The notes: generated by a model not told the origin, from the sequence alone. A stretch of DNA of 64,000 bases from an uncultured Weeksellaceae bacterium (GCA_964460845.1 CAYWRZ010000004.1:2920-66919); one strand, 5' to 3'; counted from the stretch's first letter, positions 21,152-30,326 are shown. Translations and numbers: made by a program.

Positions 21152-21393
21152 GTGCCGCGCGTGCTTTTCAGTCGCCTTTGTCAATAAAAATCCATCGCCG
21201 GCATCTTCCGCTACAGTAGAGAAGCATCGCAGAAAAACTGTAAAATTGCCACATGAGATAAGGGTTTAGACTATACTTTACCCGACTTTGCAGCGCAAAG
21301 TTTCCCGGTTTAGTATGCGGCACAGAATGCGAAAGGAAAGGCGTTTTATCTTAAAAAAATGGTAAATTAGCTCGTTACCAAACTCTCTGCTCC

Positions 21394-22173
21394 ATGTCGA
21401 AGCTCTCTGCAATTATTGTGGACGATGAAGAACTTGCACGCGAAAATTTGAGCATGCTCCTGCAAGAATATTGCCCCGAGATAGAGGTGATCGCACTTGC
21501 CGACGGAGTGGCTCAGGGCAGAAAAGTGATCCATACGCTCAAGCCCCGCATTGTATTTCTCGATATTCGTATGCCCTCCGGAGCCGAAGGCTTTGATTTG
21601 CTTGACTCGCTCCGCGAAGAGAAATTTTTGGTGGTGTTTGTAACCGCATTTAAAGACTATGCCGTACAGGCTTTTAACGCCAATGCCGTTCACTACCTGC
21701 TTAAACCGATTGATATAGAGGATCTAAAAGCAGCGGTACGTAAGCTCGTCGAAGCCGATCGCGTCTTTGAAGCACATCCCGAAAATTTTTCCAATTATGT
21801 AAGCACGCTCAAGCAATTGTCTGACAGCCTGCTTAATAACCGCTACTCAGGAAGGCTGAGCATCAGCTATTCCAAAGGCATCAAGATTATTCAGGACGAC
21901 AGTATCGCTTATGTAGAGGCCGATGGTAACTGCAGTCTGCTTCATTTCCGCGACGGTACACGCTACCTCGATACGCGTACGTTGGGCCTTTACGAAGAGA
22001 TTCTTAACCCCGCCAAATTTTTCCGGATCCATAAATCCTATCTTATCAATCTCAACGAGCTGGTAGAGTATGTGAGCGAAGACGGATATTTCGCCCTGCT
22101 GCGCGACGGCAAGCGCCTGCCTGTGGCACGTAACCGGGTAAGCGATTTCACCCAACGTATCAAAGCACTTTAA
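21394..22173 (+). CDS. LytTR-family response regulator 1
   Basis: IIVDDE, FLDIRMP, FVTAF, HYLLKP receiver; C-terminal YVEADGNC...FFRIHKSYLINL...LPVAR LytTR domain. Confidence 0.93.
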   Translation: MSKLSAIIVDDEELARENLSMLLQEYCPEIEVIALADGVAQGRKVIHTLKPRIVFLDIRMPSGAEGFDLLDSLREEKFLVVFVTAFKDYAVQAFNANAVHYLLKPIDIEDLKAAVRKLVEADRVFEAHPENFSNYVSTLKQLSDSLLNNRYSGRLSISYSKGIKIIQDDSIAYVEADGNCSLLHFRDGTRYLDTRTLGLYEEILNPAKFFRIHKSYLINLNELVEYVSEDGYFALLRDGKRLPVARNRVSDFTQRIKAL

Positions 22174-22278
22174 ACGGAAGTCTTTACCGTTTACTCAAAC
22201 ACATCTACACCTCACTCATTCGCATTCCGAAAACCACAGACTTCTTCTTAAATTAAGGTAAACTTAATACCTGTGGCT

Positions 22279-23004
22279 ATGAAGATTCGCTCTATTGTGG
22301 TTGATGACGAGTACTATTGCCGGAACAACCTGAAGATGATTATCGACGATTTTTGCCCCGATGTCGAAGTGGTGGGTATGGCTGATTCGGCCGAATCGGC
22401 CCGTGTACTGATTAGGCAATATCAGCCTGATTTGGTTTTTCTGGACATCAAAATGCCCCGTGAAGACGGATTCTCTCTGCTTGATTCTATTCCCCAGCGC
22501 GATTTTTCGGTAGTATTTACCACCGCGCACAGCGAATATGCGCTTAAAGCGTTTAAAGCCGACGCGGTCGATTACATCGAAAAGCCGATCAATATCGACG
22601 ATCTCCGCAATGCCATTAAAAAGGTAACCAAGTTTTACCAGCCGACCGAAAAACCCCTTCCGGCGACCAAAGAAAACGATCGCATTTCGCTGACCACGCG
22701 CGACGGTTTTCTGATGGTGAAAAACGAAGAGATCATTCACCTCGAAGCCAGCGATAATTACACCATGATTTACATGACCGATAACCGCAAGTTCCTCAGT
22801 TGTAAAAACATAAAGGTGTATGAAGAGTCGCTCAACAAATCCTCTTTTTTCCGGATTCACAAGTCGCATATCGTAAATATTGTAAATCACCTCAAAGGAT
22901 TTACCCGCACTGAAGGAAATATTGCTATTTTGAGTAACGGAAAGCAGGTGCCTGTGGCCCGGAGAAAGCTGACCGAATTTTTACAACGCATTAATACCAT
23001 TTGA
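22279..23004 (+). CDS. LytTR-family response regulator 2
   Basis: IVVDDE, FLDIKMP, FTTAH, DYIEKP; LEASDNYT...FFRIHKSHIVN...VPVAR. Confidence 0.93.
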   Translation: MKIRSIVVDDEYYCRNNLKMIIDDFCPDVEVVGMADSAESARVLIRQYQPDLVFLDIKMPREDGFSLLDSIPQRDFSVVFTTAHSEYALKAFKADAVDYIEKPINIDDLRNAIKKVTKFYQPTEKPLPATKENDRISLTTRDGFLMVKNEEIIHLEASDNYTMIYMTDNRKFLSCKNIKVYEESLNKSSFFRIHKSHIVNIVNHLKGFTRTEGNIAILSNGKQVPVARRKLTEFLQRINTI

Positions 23005-26000
23005 TGAACCTGATGTTACGCGTAAATAAAAGCCTGATTCTTTCAGGCTTTTTTTTCATACAGTCTTTTCTGCTGCAAGCTCAGCAATATACGTTCATCA
23101 ATTATTCGACCGAGCAGGGATTGGCACAATCGCAGGTTTCGGCCATGTGTCAGGATAAAAAAGGCTACCTCTGGTTTGCTACTTTCGGCGGAGTAAGCCG
23201 TTTCGACGGAATCAGCTTTACCAGCTACAGCAAAAGCGACGGACTGGTCGAGAATCAGGTCTATACCATCTTTGAAGATTCACAGCACCGGCTTTGGTTT
23301 GGCGCCATTGGCGGATATAGCCGTTTTGACGGGGAAACCTTCTATTCCGAAAAATTTCCAGCGCCCTACCTCAACCTGAATATTACCTCCATTTGTGAAG
23401 ATCGCGCCGGAAGAATATGGCTGGCTTTCGATGGAGCCGGACTGATTTGCCTTTTGCCCGACGGAACCCAACTTTTTTACGGGCTTGCGCAGGGACTCGA
23501 CCCTTACGTACGCAGCGTATTCAGCGATTCGAAAGGCAGGCTTTGGGCCGGCACACGCGGTGGACTTTTTCTCTTCGACAACGGCAGGTTTGCGCTTTTC
23601 CCCTTGAACGGCGACCCCGATCGCAACGTGAGCTTCATCACCGAAGATCAACGGCAACGTTTGTGGATAGCGACCTACGACGAAGGGGTTTTTATGGAGC
23701 TCGAAAAAGAAGGATTCCGGAATTATTATTCCGATCATGGCCTTATCAGCGATTGGGTTCGCACCATTTTTGTAGATGCCGATAACGCGATTTGGTTTGG
23801 CACCAAAACGGGAGTGAGTAAGCTCGATCACGGAGAGTTTCAGAATTTCGGTTATGCGCAGGGTCTTATCAATACCAATATTAAAGTAATCGGGCAGGAC
23901 TCTGAAGGAAATATGTGGCTGGGTACCGATGGAAAAGGAGTGCTCAAATTTGCCGGAGAGGCATTTACCACTTATACTTCGGTCGATGGTTTAAGCAGCG
24001 ATTTTGTGATGTCGGTTGCCGAAGACCTGTACGGAAATCTTTGGTTTGCAACCTATGGCGAGGGAATTTGCCGTTTTGACGGCAAACGCTTTACCGTGTT
24101 CAAAGACGATGCCGGATTGGCCAATAATACGGCCTGGACTTGTATAGCCGATAAGCAGAACCGTATATGGGTAGGTACTTCCAACGGCTTGTCGATGTAC
24201 GACGGCCGGCAGTTTTTTTCCTATTTCGAAGAAGACGGATTGCTGTCCAATAAAATTACTTCCCTTTTTTCCGATACCGATGGATCGTTGTGGATTGGGA
24301 ATAAAGACGGACTATCGCACCTGAAAAACAACAAGTTTATCAATTATACCGCTACCGACGGACTCACCGGTGGCAATGTGCGAAGCATTCATAAAGATCG
24401 GAAGGGCGTGCTTTGGCTCGGCACCTCCGACGGATTATACAGCTTCGACGGCAGCCGTTTTGTCAACTACAAGCACGAGTCGCATGCCAACGATAATACG
24501 GTGTATTCTATCGCCGAAGACCGTTACGGCAATCTTTGGATAGGTTCCAAAAGCGGACTTTTTTGTTTTCGTAACCAGCTTTTTTATAAGCTTTCTTTAG
24601 GACAGGGCATCACGGCCAACACAGTGAATTTTCTCATTTTTGAAAACGATCGCTTGTGGGTAGGCACCAACAACAGTCTTTATGAGGTAAATGTGATGCA
24701 CTACCTCGAAAAAGGGGAGGTCGAATACCGTAACTATTCCAAGCTCGAAGGGGTACCCGGACTGGAGAGCAACATGAACGCGGCCTTTCGGGATACAAAG
24801 GGCAACTTGTGGTTTGGTACCGACGGCGGACTTGTACGTTTTAATCCGCAGAAGCGCCGCCATGCTTTTAATCCCGTAGAGCCTTACGTACACATTACCG
24901 ATATACGCCTGTTTTTTGAACCGGTGAAATGGGATCAGTACGCCAAAGAGAAGGATCCTGCCACAGGTCTTGCGCGCGATTTGGTGGTGCCGTATAAAAA
25001 AAATCACTTCACTTTTTATTATACCGGCATCTGTCATACCAATCCCAACAAAGTAAAATACCGTTTCAAGCTCGAAGGCTTTGACCAGGACTGGTCGCCC
25101 GAAACCGATGCACGTTTTGCCACCTATTCCAACCTGCCCAGCGGTCATTATACCTTTAAAGTGATGGCCTGTAACAACTCCGGAATATGGACTTCCGTAC
25201 CGGCCGAATTCAGCTTTTCCATTACGCCGCCTTTTTGGTTTACCTGGTGGTTTTACATCTTGTGCGCCGCCTTTGCATTTACCCTCGGCTACCTGATCTC
25301 GCGTTGGAGAATGGCGGTTATCAGGCGTAAAAACGAGCGTACGCAGCTTATTTATCAGTCTAAACTACTCAGCCTGGAGCAGCAAACGCTGAACGCGAGC
25401 ATGAACCGGCATTTTATTTTTAATGCGCTCAATTCTATTCAATACTATATCAACAAGCAGGATAAGCTGGAGGCCAACCGCTACCTGACCAGTTTTGCGA
25501 AGCTGATCCGTAAAAACCTCGACAGTTCGGTGTCGGGTAATTTGGTGAATCTTTCGGAAGAAATGGAAAGGCTGGAACTCTATCTCTCGCTCGAAAATAT
25601 GCGGTTTAAGAGCAAATTTTCTTATGCCATAGAGGTGGACGAGGAAATTGATACCGAATCGGTGAAGATTCCTCCTATGCTTTTGCAGCCCTATGTCGAA
25701 AACAGTATTTGGCATGGAATATTACCCATGGAACGTCCGGGGCATATCCGGATAAAGGTCGAGCCTTTTGAGCAGGATGCAGTTAGGATTACCATTACCG
25801 ACGACGGTATAGGAATAGATACGAGCCTGAAAAACAAGTCAAAAAATGGGGTTCAGCACGTTTCAAGGGGTATTGAGATTACAAGTGGAAGACTGGCGAT
25901 TCTCAAAAAAATGACCAATGAAAACCTCATTATCACAGGGCCTTACGAGATGCGCAGCGAAAACGGCGAAGTGAAAGGCACCGAAGTAGTGCTGGTGATT

Positions 26001-26054
26001 CCGCAGACCGAGTTTTTCAGAAAGGCAAATTTTTCCGAAAAAAACTATGAATAA
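23004..26054 (+). CDS. LytS-type sensor histidine kinase with periplasmic beta-propeller (Reg_prop) repeats and Y_Y_Y domain
   Basis: Signal peptide, many D..G.LW.GT..G repeats, YRFKLEGFD...YSNLPSGHYTFKV, TM helix, MNRHFIFNALN H-box, IPPMLLQPYVENSIWHG, DDGIG, RGIEIT. Confidence 0.93.
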   Translation: MNLMLRVNKSLILSGFFFIQSFLLQAQQYTFINYSTEQGLAQSQVSAMCQDKKGYLWFATFGGVSRFDGISFTSYSKSDGLVENQVYTIFEDSQHRLWFGAIGGYSRFDGETFYSEKFPAPYLNLNITSICEDRAGRIWLAFDGAGLICLLPDGTQLFYGLAQGLDPYVRSVFSDSKGRLWAGTRGGLFLFDNGRFALFPLNGDPDRNVSFITEDQRQRLWIATYDEGVFMELEKEGFRNYYSDHGLISDWVRTIFVDADNAIWFGTKTGVSKLDHGEFQNFGYAQGLINTNIKVIGQDSEGNMWLGTDGKGVLKFAGEAFTTYTSVDGLSSDFVMSVAEDLYGNLWFATYGEGICRFDGKRFTVFKDDAGLANNTAWTCIADKQNRIWVGTSNGLSMYDGRQFFSYFEEDGLLSNKITSLFSDTDGSLWIGNKDGLSHLKNNKFINYTATDGLTGGNVRSIHKDRKGVLWLGTSDGLYSFDGSRFVNYKHESHANDNTVYSIAEDRYGNLWIGSKSGLFCFRNQLFYKLSLGQGITANTVNFLIFENDRLWVGTNNSLYEVNVMHYLEKGEVEYRNYSKLEGVPGLESNMNAAFRDTKGNLWFGTDGGLVRFNPQKRRHAFNPVEPYVHITDIRLFFEPVKWDQYAKEKDPATGLARDLVVPYKKNHFTFYYTGICHTNPNKVKYRFKLEGFDQDWSPETDARFATYSNLPSGHYTFKVMACNNSGIWTSVPAEFSFSITPPFWFTWWFYILCAAFAFTLGYLISRWRMAVIRRKNERTQLIYQSKLLSLEQQTLNASMNRHFIFNALNSIQYYINKQDKLEANRYLTSFAKLIRKNLDSSVSGNLVNLSEEMERLELYLSLENMRFKSKFSYAIEVDEEIDTESVKIPPMLLQPYVENSIWHGILPMERPGHIRIKVEPFEQDAVRITITDDGIGIDTSLKNKSKNGVQHVSRGIEITSGRLAILKKMTNENLIITGPYEMRSENGEVKGTEVVLVIPQTEFFRKANFSEKNYE

Positions 26055-26067
26055 AGAAACTTTTTCC

Positions 26068-26075
26068 TAAATTTG
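26068..26075 (+). promoter_or_regulatory. sigmaA -7 element for the small lipoprotein gene
   Basis: TAAATTTG between the kinase stop codon and the ATG at 26133. Confidence 0.6.
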
Positions 26076-26132
26076 AAGTACTATTGGGTGTGGAATGGCG
26101 TTTTGAAAGCTGAACCAAGAGAGGAAGAAGTT

Positions 26133-26387
26133 ATGAAAAAGAGTTTGTATAGTCTTGTGCTTGTTTCGTCGCTCGTTTTTTTGGGTGCGTGCAGTAAAGA
26201 ATATATGGGTCCTTTGGATGAGACAGGGTCGCCTGTTCACACCAAAGCTGCATCTACAGACGGTCCTACTATAACGACCGGTGGTGACAGTGGTGGCATC
26301 ACAGACGGCGGTCACGACTCCGATTACGATACTACCAATAAGAATAAGAGAAAGCAACAGTCTCCCGGAACCCCTCCTGGAAACTGA
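26133..26387 (+). CDS. Small (84 aa) low-complexity lipoprotein
   Basis: MKKSLYSLVLVSSLVFLGA-C lipoprotein signal; mature part rich in G/T/D with a KNKRK tail; own promoter element and terminator. Confidence 0.85.
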   Translation: MKKSLYSLVLVSSLVFLGACSKEYMGPLDETGSPVHTKAASTDGPTITTGGDSGGITDGGHDSDYDTTNKNKRKQQSPGTPPGN

Positions 26388-26414
26388 ACAATAACCCCGC
26401 TTTACGGGGATAGG

Positions 26415-26448
26415 TCCCTCCGGTAAACCCGGAGGGATTTTTATTTTA
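26415..26448 (+). terminator. Intrinsic terminator after the small lipoprotein
   Basis: Stem TCCCTCCGG-taaac-CCGGAGGGA followed by TTTTTATTTT. Confidence 0.85.
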
Positions 26449-26653
26449 TACCAGTCTAAGCCCGCTTTTTACTTCCTCCCAAACCGGCGTTGCACTTGAT
26501 CCTTATCGCCCCGTTTTGTAAATTTAAAAGAGAAGGAAAAGCCTTTTTTTCGCCCGTATTCGCGCTTCGTCCCCTTATGTGCACGCTGCGAGATATAGGA
26601 ATCGGTCGCGGAAAAACGATTTTTTAACCGGTCAAAAAATTAAATAATTATAC

Positions 26654-28216
26654 ATGTCTAACGTGGCTTCCGATCAGTTGTTCCGTTTAATTCGATCGCT
26701 TAGCAAGCCTGAAAAACGCTATTTCAAGCTGTACAGCTCCAGGCATATTCTCGGAGAAGTCAATAACTACCAGTTGCTTTTCGATGCCATCGATAAGATG
26801 AAAGAATATGACGAGTCTCGCCTGCATAAGAAGTTTGCCGGACAGGCTTTTCTCCGTCAGCTTTCTATCGCCAAACGCCGGCTTTATGATCATATTCTGT
26901 ATAGCCTCGATGCGTACCATGCGCACGGCTCGATCGATTCGGAGCTGCGAAGACTGGTAAATTGTGCCCTTATTCTGTACAAAAGATCCTTGTACAGCCA
27001 GGCCGCCAAGCTGCTCAAAAGTGCGCGTAAGCTGGCCGAACGCTACGACAAGCATACCATTTTGCTCGACATTTCACTGCTCGAAAAAAAGCTGATCGAA
27101 ACCGGCAATTATACCCGTATCGACGAAGAAGATTTGCTCCAAATTCAGGAACGCGATCGGCTTACGCTCGAAAAAATTTCTAACCTCAACGAGTTTTGGC
27201 ACATCAAAAGCCGCATGTTTTATATCCTCAATCGCCGTGGAAAAGCGCGTAATCAGGAAGAGCTCAGCAATTTCAAAGCGATTATCGACAATGTGCTGCT
27301 GCGCAGCGAAGACAAAGCGCTTTATCCCAAAACTAAATACCTCTACCATCACATTTACAGCGCGTATTATTTTGGTACCGGCGATTACAGCGCCAGCTTT
27401 CAGCACCTCAAAAAAAACGTAGCGCTGGTCGAAAGTGAAGTGGCGGCTTTTAAGGAAGAACCCAACGTATATTTTTCGTTGCTGACCAACATTATCTACA
27501 TCGCCAGCCGCTTACGCCGTTATCCGGAAGTGTTTTTTTACCTTGAGAAATTACGTGCCCTGCCCGAAAAGCTGAGCCTGCAACGCAATGAAGATCTCGA
27601 TATCAAACTTTTCTCCAGCACTTATAGTCTCGAACTTACCCTTTACGCGTTTACCGGCGATTTTGAAAAAGGCATTGCACTGGTGCCTTTTATCCGCGAA
27701 GGACTTGCGCTTTACGGCGAAAAAATAAATACCCTGCGCCGGGCGTATCTTTATTTTAGCATAGCAATTCTCTACCTCGGCGAAAAACACTATTCGGAAG
27801 CCCTGAATTGGATCAACCTGCTGCTTGCTACGCAAGGACTCGATAAAACGGAAGATATCTATTGTTTTGCCCAGCTCGTAAACCTGATTATTCACCTCGA
27901 ATTGGGCAGCCAGCGCCTTTTGCCTTACACGCTCAAATCTACACAGCGTTATCTTTCTTCCCGCAATCGTGTATATAAGTTCGAGTCGGCGATGCTCAAC
28001 TTTGTCAATAAAATTATCCGCACCCGCGACCGCCGCGAAGAGCAGAAAGTATATGCGCTGTTGTTGGAAGAGTTACGTCCGCTCGAACAAGAAACGTTCG
28101 AGAAATCAGCGTTCGAGCATTTCGATTTTGTGGCCTGGGCCGAGAGTAAAGTTACCGGAAAGCCGTTTCGCGACATTATCCGTGAGCGGGCTTCGGCAGC
28201 AGAAGGCCGAGCTTAA
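26654..28216 (+). CDS. Uncharacterised alpha-helical/TPR-like protein, paralog B
   Basis: ASDQLFRLIRSLSKPEKRYF... through FDFVAWAESK; paralog of 19604-21151. Confidence 0.88.
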   Translation: MSNVASDQLFRLIRSLSKPEKRYFKLYSSRHILGEVNNYQLLFDAIDKMKEYDESRLHKKFAGQAFLRQLSIAKRRLYDHILYSLDAYHAHGSIDSELRRLVNCALILYKRSLYSQAAKLLKSARKLAERYDKHTILLDISLLEKKLIETGNYTRIDEEDLLQIQERDRLTLEKISNLNEFWHIKSRMFYILNRRGKARNQEELSNFKAIIDNVLLRSEDKALYPKTKYLYHHIYSAYYFGTGDYSASFQHLKKNVALVESEVAAFKEEPNVYFSLLTNIIYIASRLRRYPEVFFYLEKLRALPEKLSLQRNEDLDIKLFSSTYSLELTLYAFTGDFEKGIALVPFIREGLALYGEKINTLRRAYLYFSIAILYLGEKHYSEALNWINLLLATQGLDKTEDIYCFAQLVNLIIHLELGSQRLLPYTLKSTQRYLSSRNRVYKFESAMLNFVNKIIRTRDRREEQKVYALLLEELRPLEQETFEKSAFEHFDFVAWAESKVTGKPFRDIIRERASAAEGRA

Positions 28217-29253
28217 AAATGCTTCCAGCCTTGTGCAGTCAGTGCGATAGATTGCCCCGTAGGAGTAACTAATTGTGGGCTGGCCCCTGCTTCGGTAATA
28301 TGGCCGATTACCGTAAAATGCGGGTTATTTCGGATTTTTTCATAATCCTGCGCCTTTATAGTAAACAGCAGCTCGTAATCTTCGCCTCCGTTAAGCGCGC
28401 AGGTAACCGGTTCGAGGTTAAATTCTTCGGCCGTTGAAATTACAGAAGGGTCTATCGGAATTTTTTCGATGTACAGGTTACAGCCCCGTCCCGACGCTTT
28501 GCAAAGATGAAGCACTTCGCTGGCCAGCCCGTCAGAAATATCGATCAGGGAAGTAGGTCGTACATCGAGACTTTCTAGTAGTTCGAGCACGTCTTTCCGG
28601 GCTTCGGGTTTAAGCTGCCGCTCCAGGATGTAATCGTGTCCGCCCAGGTCGGGTTGAATGGCGGGATTGGTTTTAAATACTTCTTTTTCCCGTTCCAACA
28701 CCTGTAGTCCGAGGTAGGCACCGCCCAAATCGCCCGATACCACCAGCAGATCTTTTTCGCCCGCGCCGCTGCGATAGACCACCTTGTCTTTATCGGCATG
28801 ACCGATGGCGGTGATGGAGAGGATGAGTCCGCCCGCAGAGCTGCTCGTGTCTCCGCCCACCAAATCCACCCCGTATTTGGAGCAGGCCAGCAGCATACCG
28901 GCATAAAGCTCCTCTACGGCTTCGAGCGAAAAACGGTTCGACAATCCCAGCGCTACGGTAACTTGCGAAGCGATACCGTTCATGGCATAAATATCAGACA
29001 GGTTCACCACAATAGCTTTATAGCCGAGGTGGCGAAGCGGACAATACGATAAATCGAAATGAATACCTTCGATGAGCATATCGGTGCTCACCAGTGTTAC
29101 TTTTCCATTGCCGTTGTCGATTACGGCGGCATCATCTCCTATTCCCTTTAGGGTCGAAGGTTGCGAAGGAGTGATAGAAGCGGATAAATGCCCGATCAGC
29201 CCGAATTCACCGAGCTGATCGAGTTCCGTGCGGTGTTGCTTGTTTTCAAACAT
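28213..29253 (-). CDS. thiL: Thiamine-monophosphate kinase
   Basis: LGEFGLI, GIGDDAA, STDMLIEGIHF, NLSDIYAM, GGDTS, DISDGLASE, GGEDYELLFT. Confidence 0.97.
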   Translation of the reverse strand: MFENKQHRTELDQLGEFGLIGHLSASITPSQPSTLKGIGDDAAVIDNGNGKVTLVSTDMLIEGIHFDLSYCPLRHLGYKAIVVNLSDIYAMNGIASQVTVALGLSNRFSLEAVEELYAGMLLACSKYGVDLVGGDTSSSAGGLILSITAIGHADKDKVVYRSGAGEKDLLVVSGDLGGAYLGLQVLEREKEVFKTNPAIQPDLGGHDYILERQLKPEARKDVLELLESLDVRPTSLIDISDGLASEVLHLCKASGRGCNLYIEKIPIDPSVISTAEEFNLEPVTCALNGGEDYELLFTIKAQDYEKIRNNPHFTVIGHITEAGASPQLVTPTGQSIALTAQGWKHF

Positions 29254-29257
29254 ACCG

Positions 29258-29265
29258 CAAAAGTA
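29258..29265 (-). promoter_or_regulatory. sigmaA -7 element for thiL
   Basis: TACTTTTG ends 4 bp before the ATG, implying a near-leaderless mRNA. Confidence 0.55.
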
Positions 29266-29288
29266 CCGATAAAAGCGCTTGCTCTACC

Positions 29289-29702
29289 TTACTTGCTCAG
29301 GTTATCGAATACACCTGTGGCATAAGGTGCTTCGCAGGCCAGGTAAATACCGTATCCTTTGCTCGAATAAATGGCCACATACTGATCATTGATGCTGAAA
29401 CGGAAAGAATAGACATTACCGGCTTCGCTGATCACTTCGTAATCTACATATTCTTCCTGCTCCTCGCGCTTCAGAATTTTGTAAAGGCTGGTGATGGTAG
29501 CAGTACAGTGGATAAATTCATTGTTATTGATAAACAGGTAGTACGAGTTGTAATTTTGTACCTCATATTCCTGTGAAATATTGCCTTCGGCATCGAATTC
29601 GAATTCCTGACGGGTGCTGGTAGGCCAAATCTGACCTTTTTGCGCAGAAGAAACGACCCAGGTGAGGGCAAAGATGAGGCTTAGAAATAGGTTCCTTTTC
29701 AT
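29289..29702 (-). CDS. Hypothetical secreted protein
   Basis: MKRNLFLSLIFALTWVVSSA signal peptide, then about 117 aa of beta-rich-looking sequence. ATG at 29702. Confidence 0.75.
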   Translation of the reverse strand: MKRNLFLSLIFALTWVVSSAQKGQIWPTSTRQEFEFDAEGNISQEYEVQNYNSYYLFINNNEFIHCTATITSLYKILKREEQEEYVDYEVISEAGNVYSFRFSINDQYVAIYSSKGYGIYLACEAPYATGVFDNLSK

Positions 29703-29833
29703 GGTTTTAGGGTTTTGAATTTTCTGCAAGTACATCAATAAATAGGCCGAACCCAATACGGTGATTACCTTATTTTTGAACAATCTTCAGCCACTTAGTA
29801 ATCCACCGACTTGTAACAATACCGGATTTTAGG

Positions 29834-29865
29834 TATTTTTGCATTAATTTAGATTAAATCTAAAT
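29834..29865 (+). promoter_or_regulatory. suf operon promoter (-7 element TATTTTTG) and adjacent 9-1-9 palindrome, Fur-box-like
   Basis: TATTTTTG at 29834-29841; ATTTAGATT-A-AATCTAAAT perfect inverted repeat at 29847-29865. Confidence 0.7.
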
Positions 29866-29939
29866 AAGAAGACAGGTCAAAATATTTTACATAGCGTTGT
29901 AAAACAACAAGATAAAGAAACGAGAAAGGAGTGAATGTG

Positions 29940-30263
29940 ATGATTAAAGTGACAGAATCGGCCAAAGCACAGGCATATCACCTGATGGAAGAGCAAAAAC
30001 TTGAAAATGCCTTTGTCAGGGTAGGGGTCAGGGGTGGAGGATGCTCCGGACTGATGTACGATCTCAAGTTTGATACCGAGCTCTCTCCCGATGACAAAGT
30101 GTTTGAAGACAATGGTGTGCGTATAGTGGTGGACAAAAAAAGTTTTCTCTACCTGGTAGGCACCGAGCTTGATTTTTCGGGCGGACTCAACGGAAAAGGG
30201 TTTGTATTTAACAATCCCAACGCCGGTCGCACCTGTGGCTGCGGCGAGTCGTTCTCAGTCTGA
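29940..30263 (+). CDS. IscA/SufA (HesB) A-type Fe-S carrier
   Basis: [34 protein letters not shown]. Confidence 0.96.
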   Translation: MIKVTESAKAQAYHLMEEQKLENAFVRVGVRGGGCSGLMYDLKFDTELSPDDKVFEDNGVRIVVDKKSFLYLVGTELDFSGGLNGKGFVFNNPNAGRTCGCGESFSV

Positions 30264-30326
30264 TAGAATTGCGGAGCCTTTGGCCTGTAATGTTTTTTGT
30301 GAACAGTCAACAATGTAATAGAAGAA

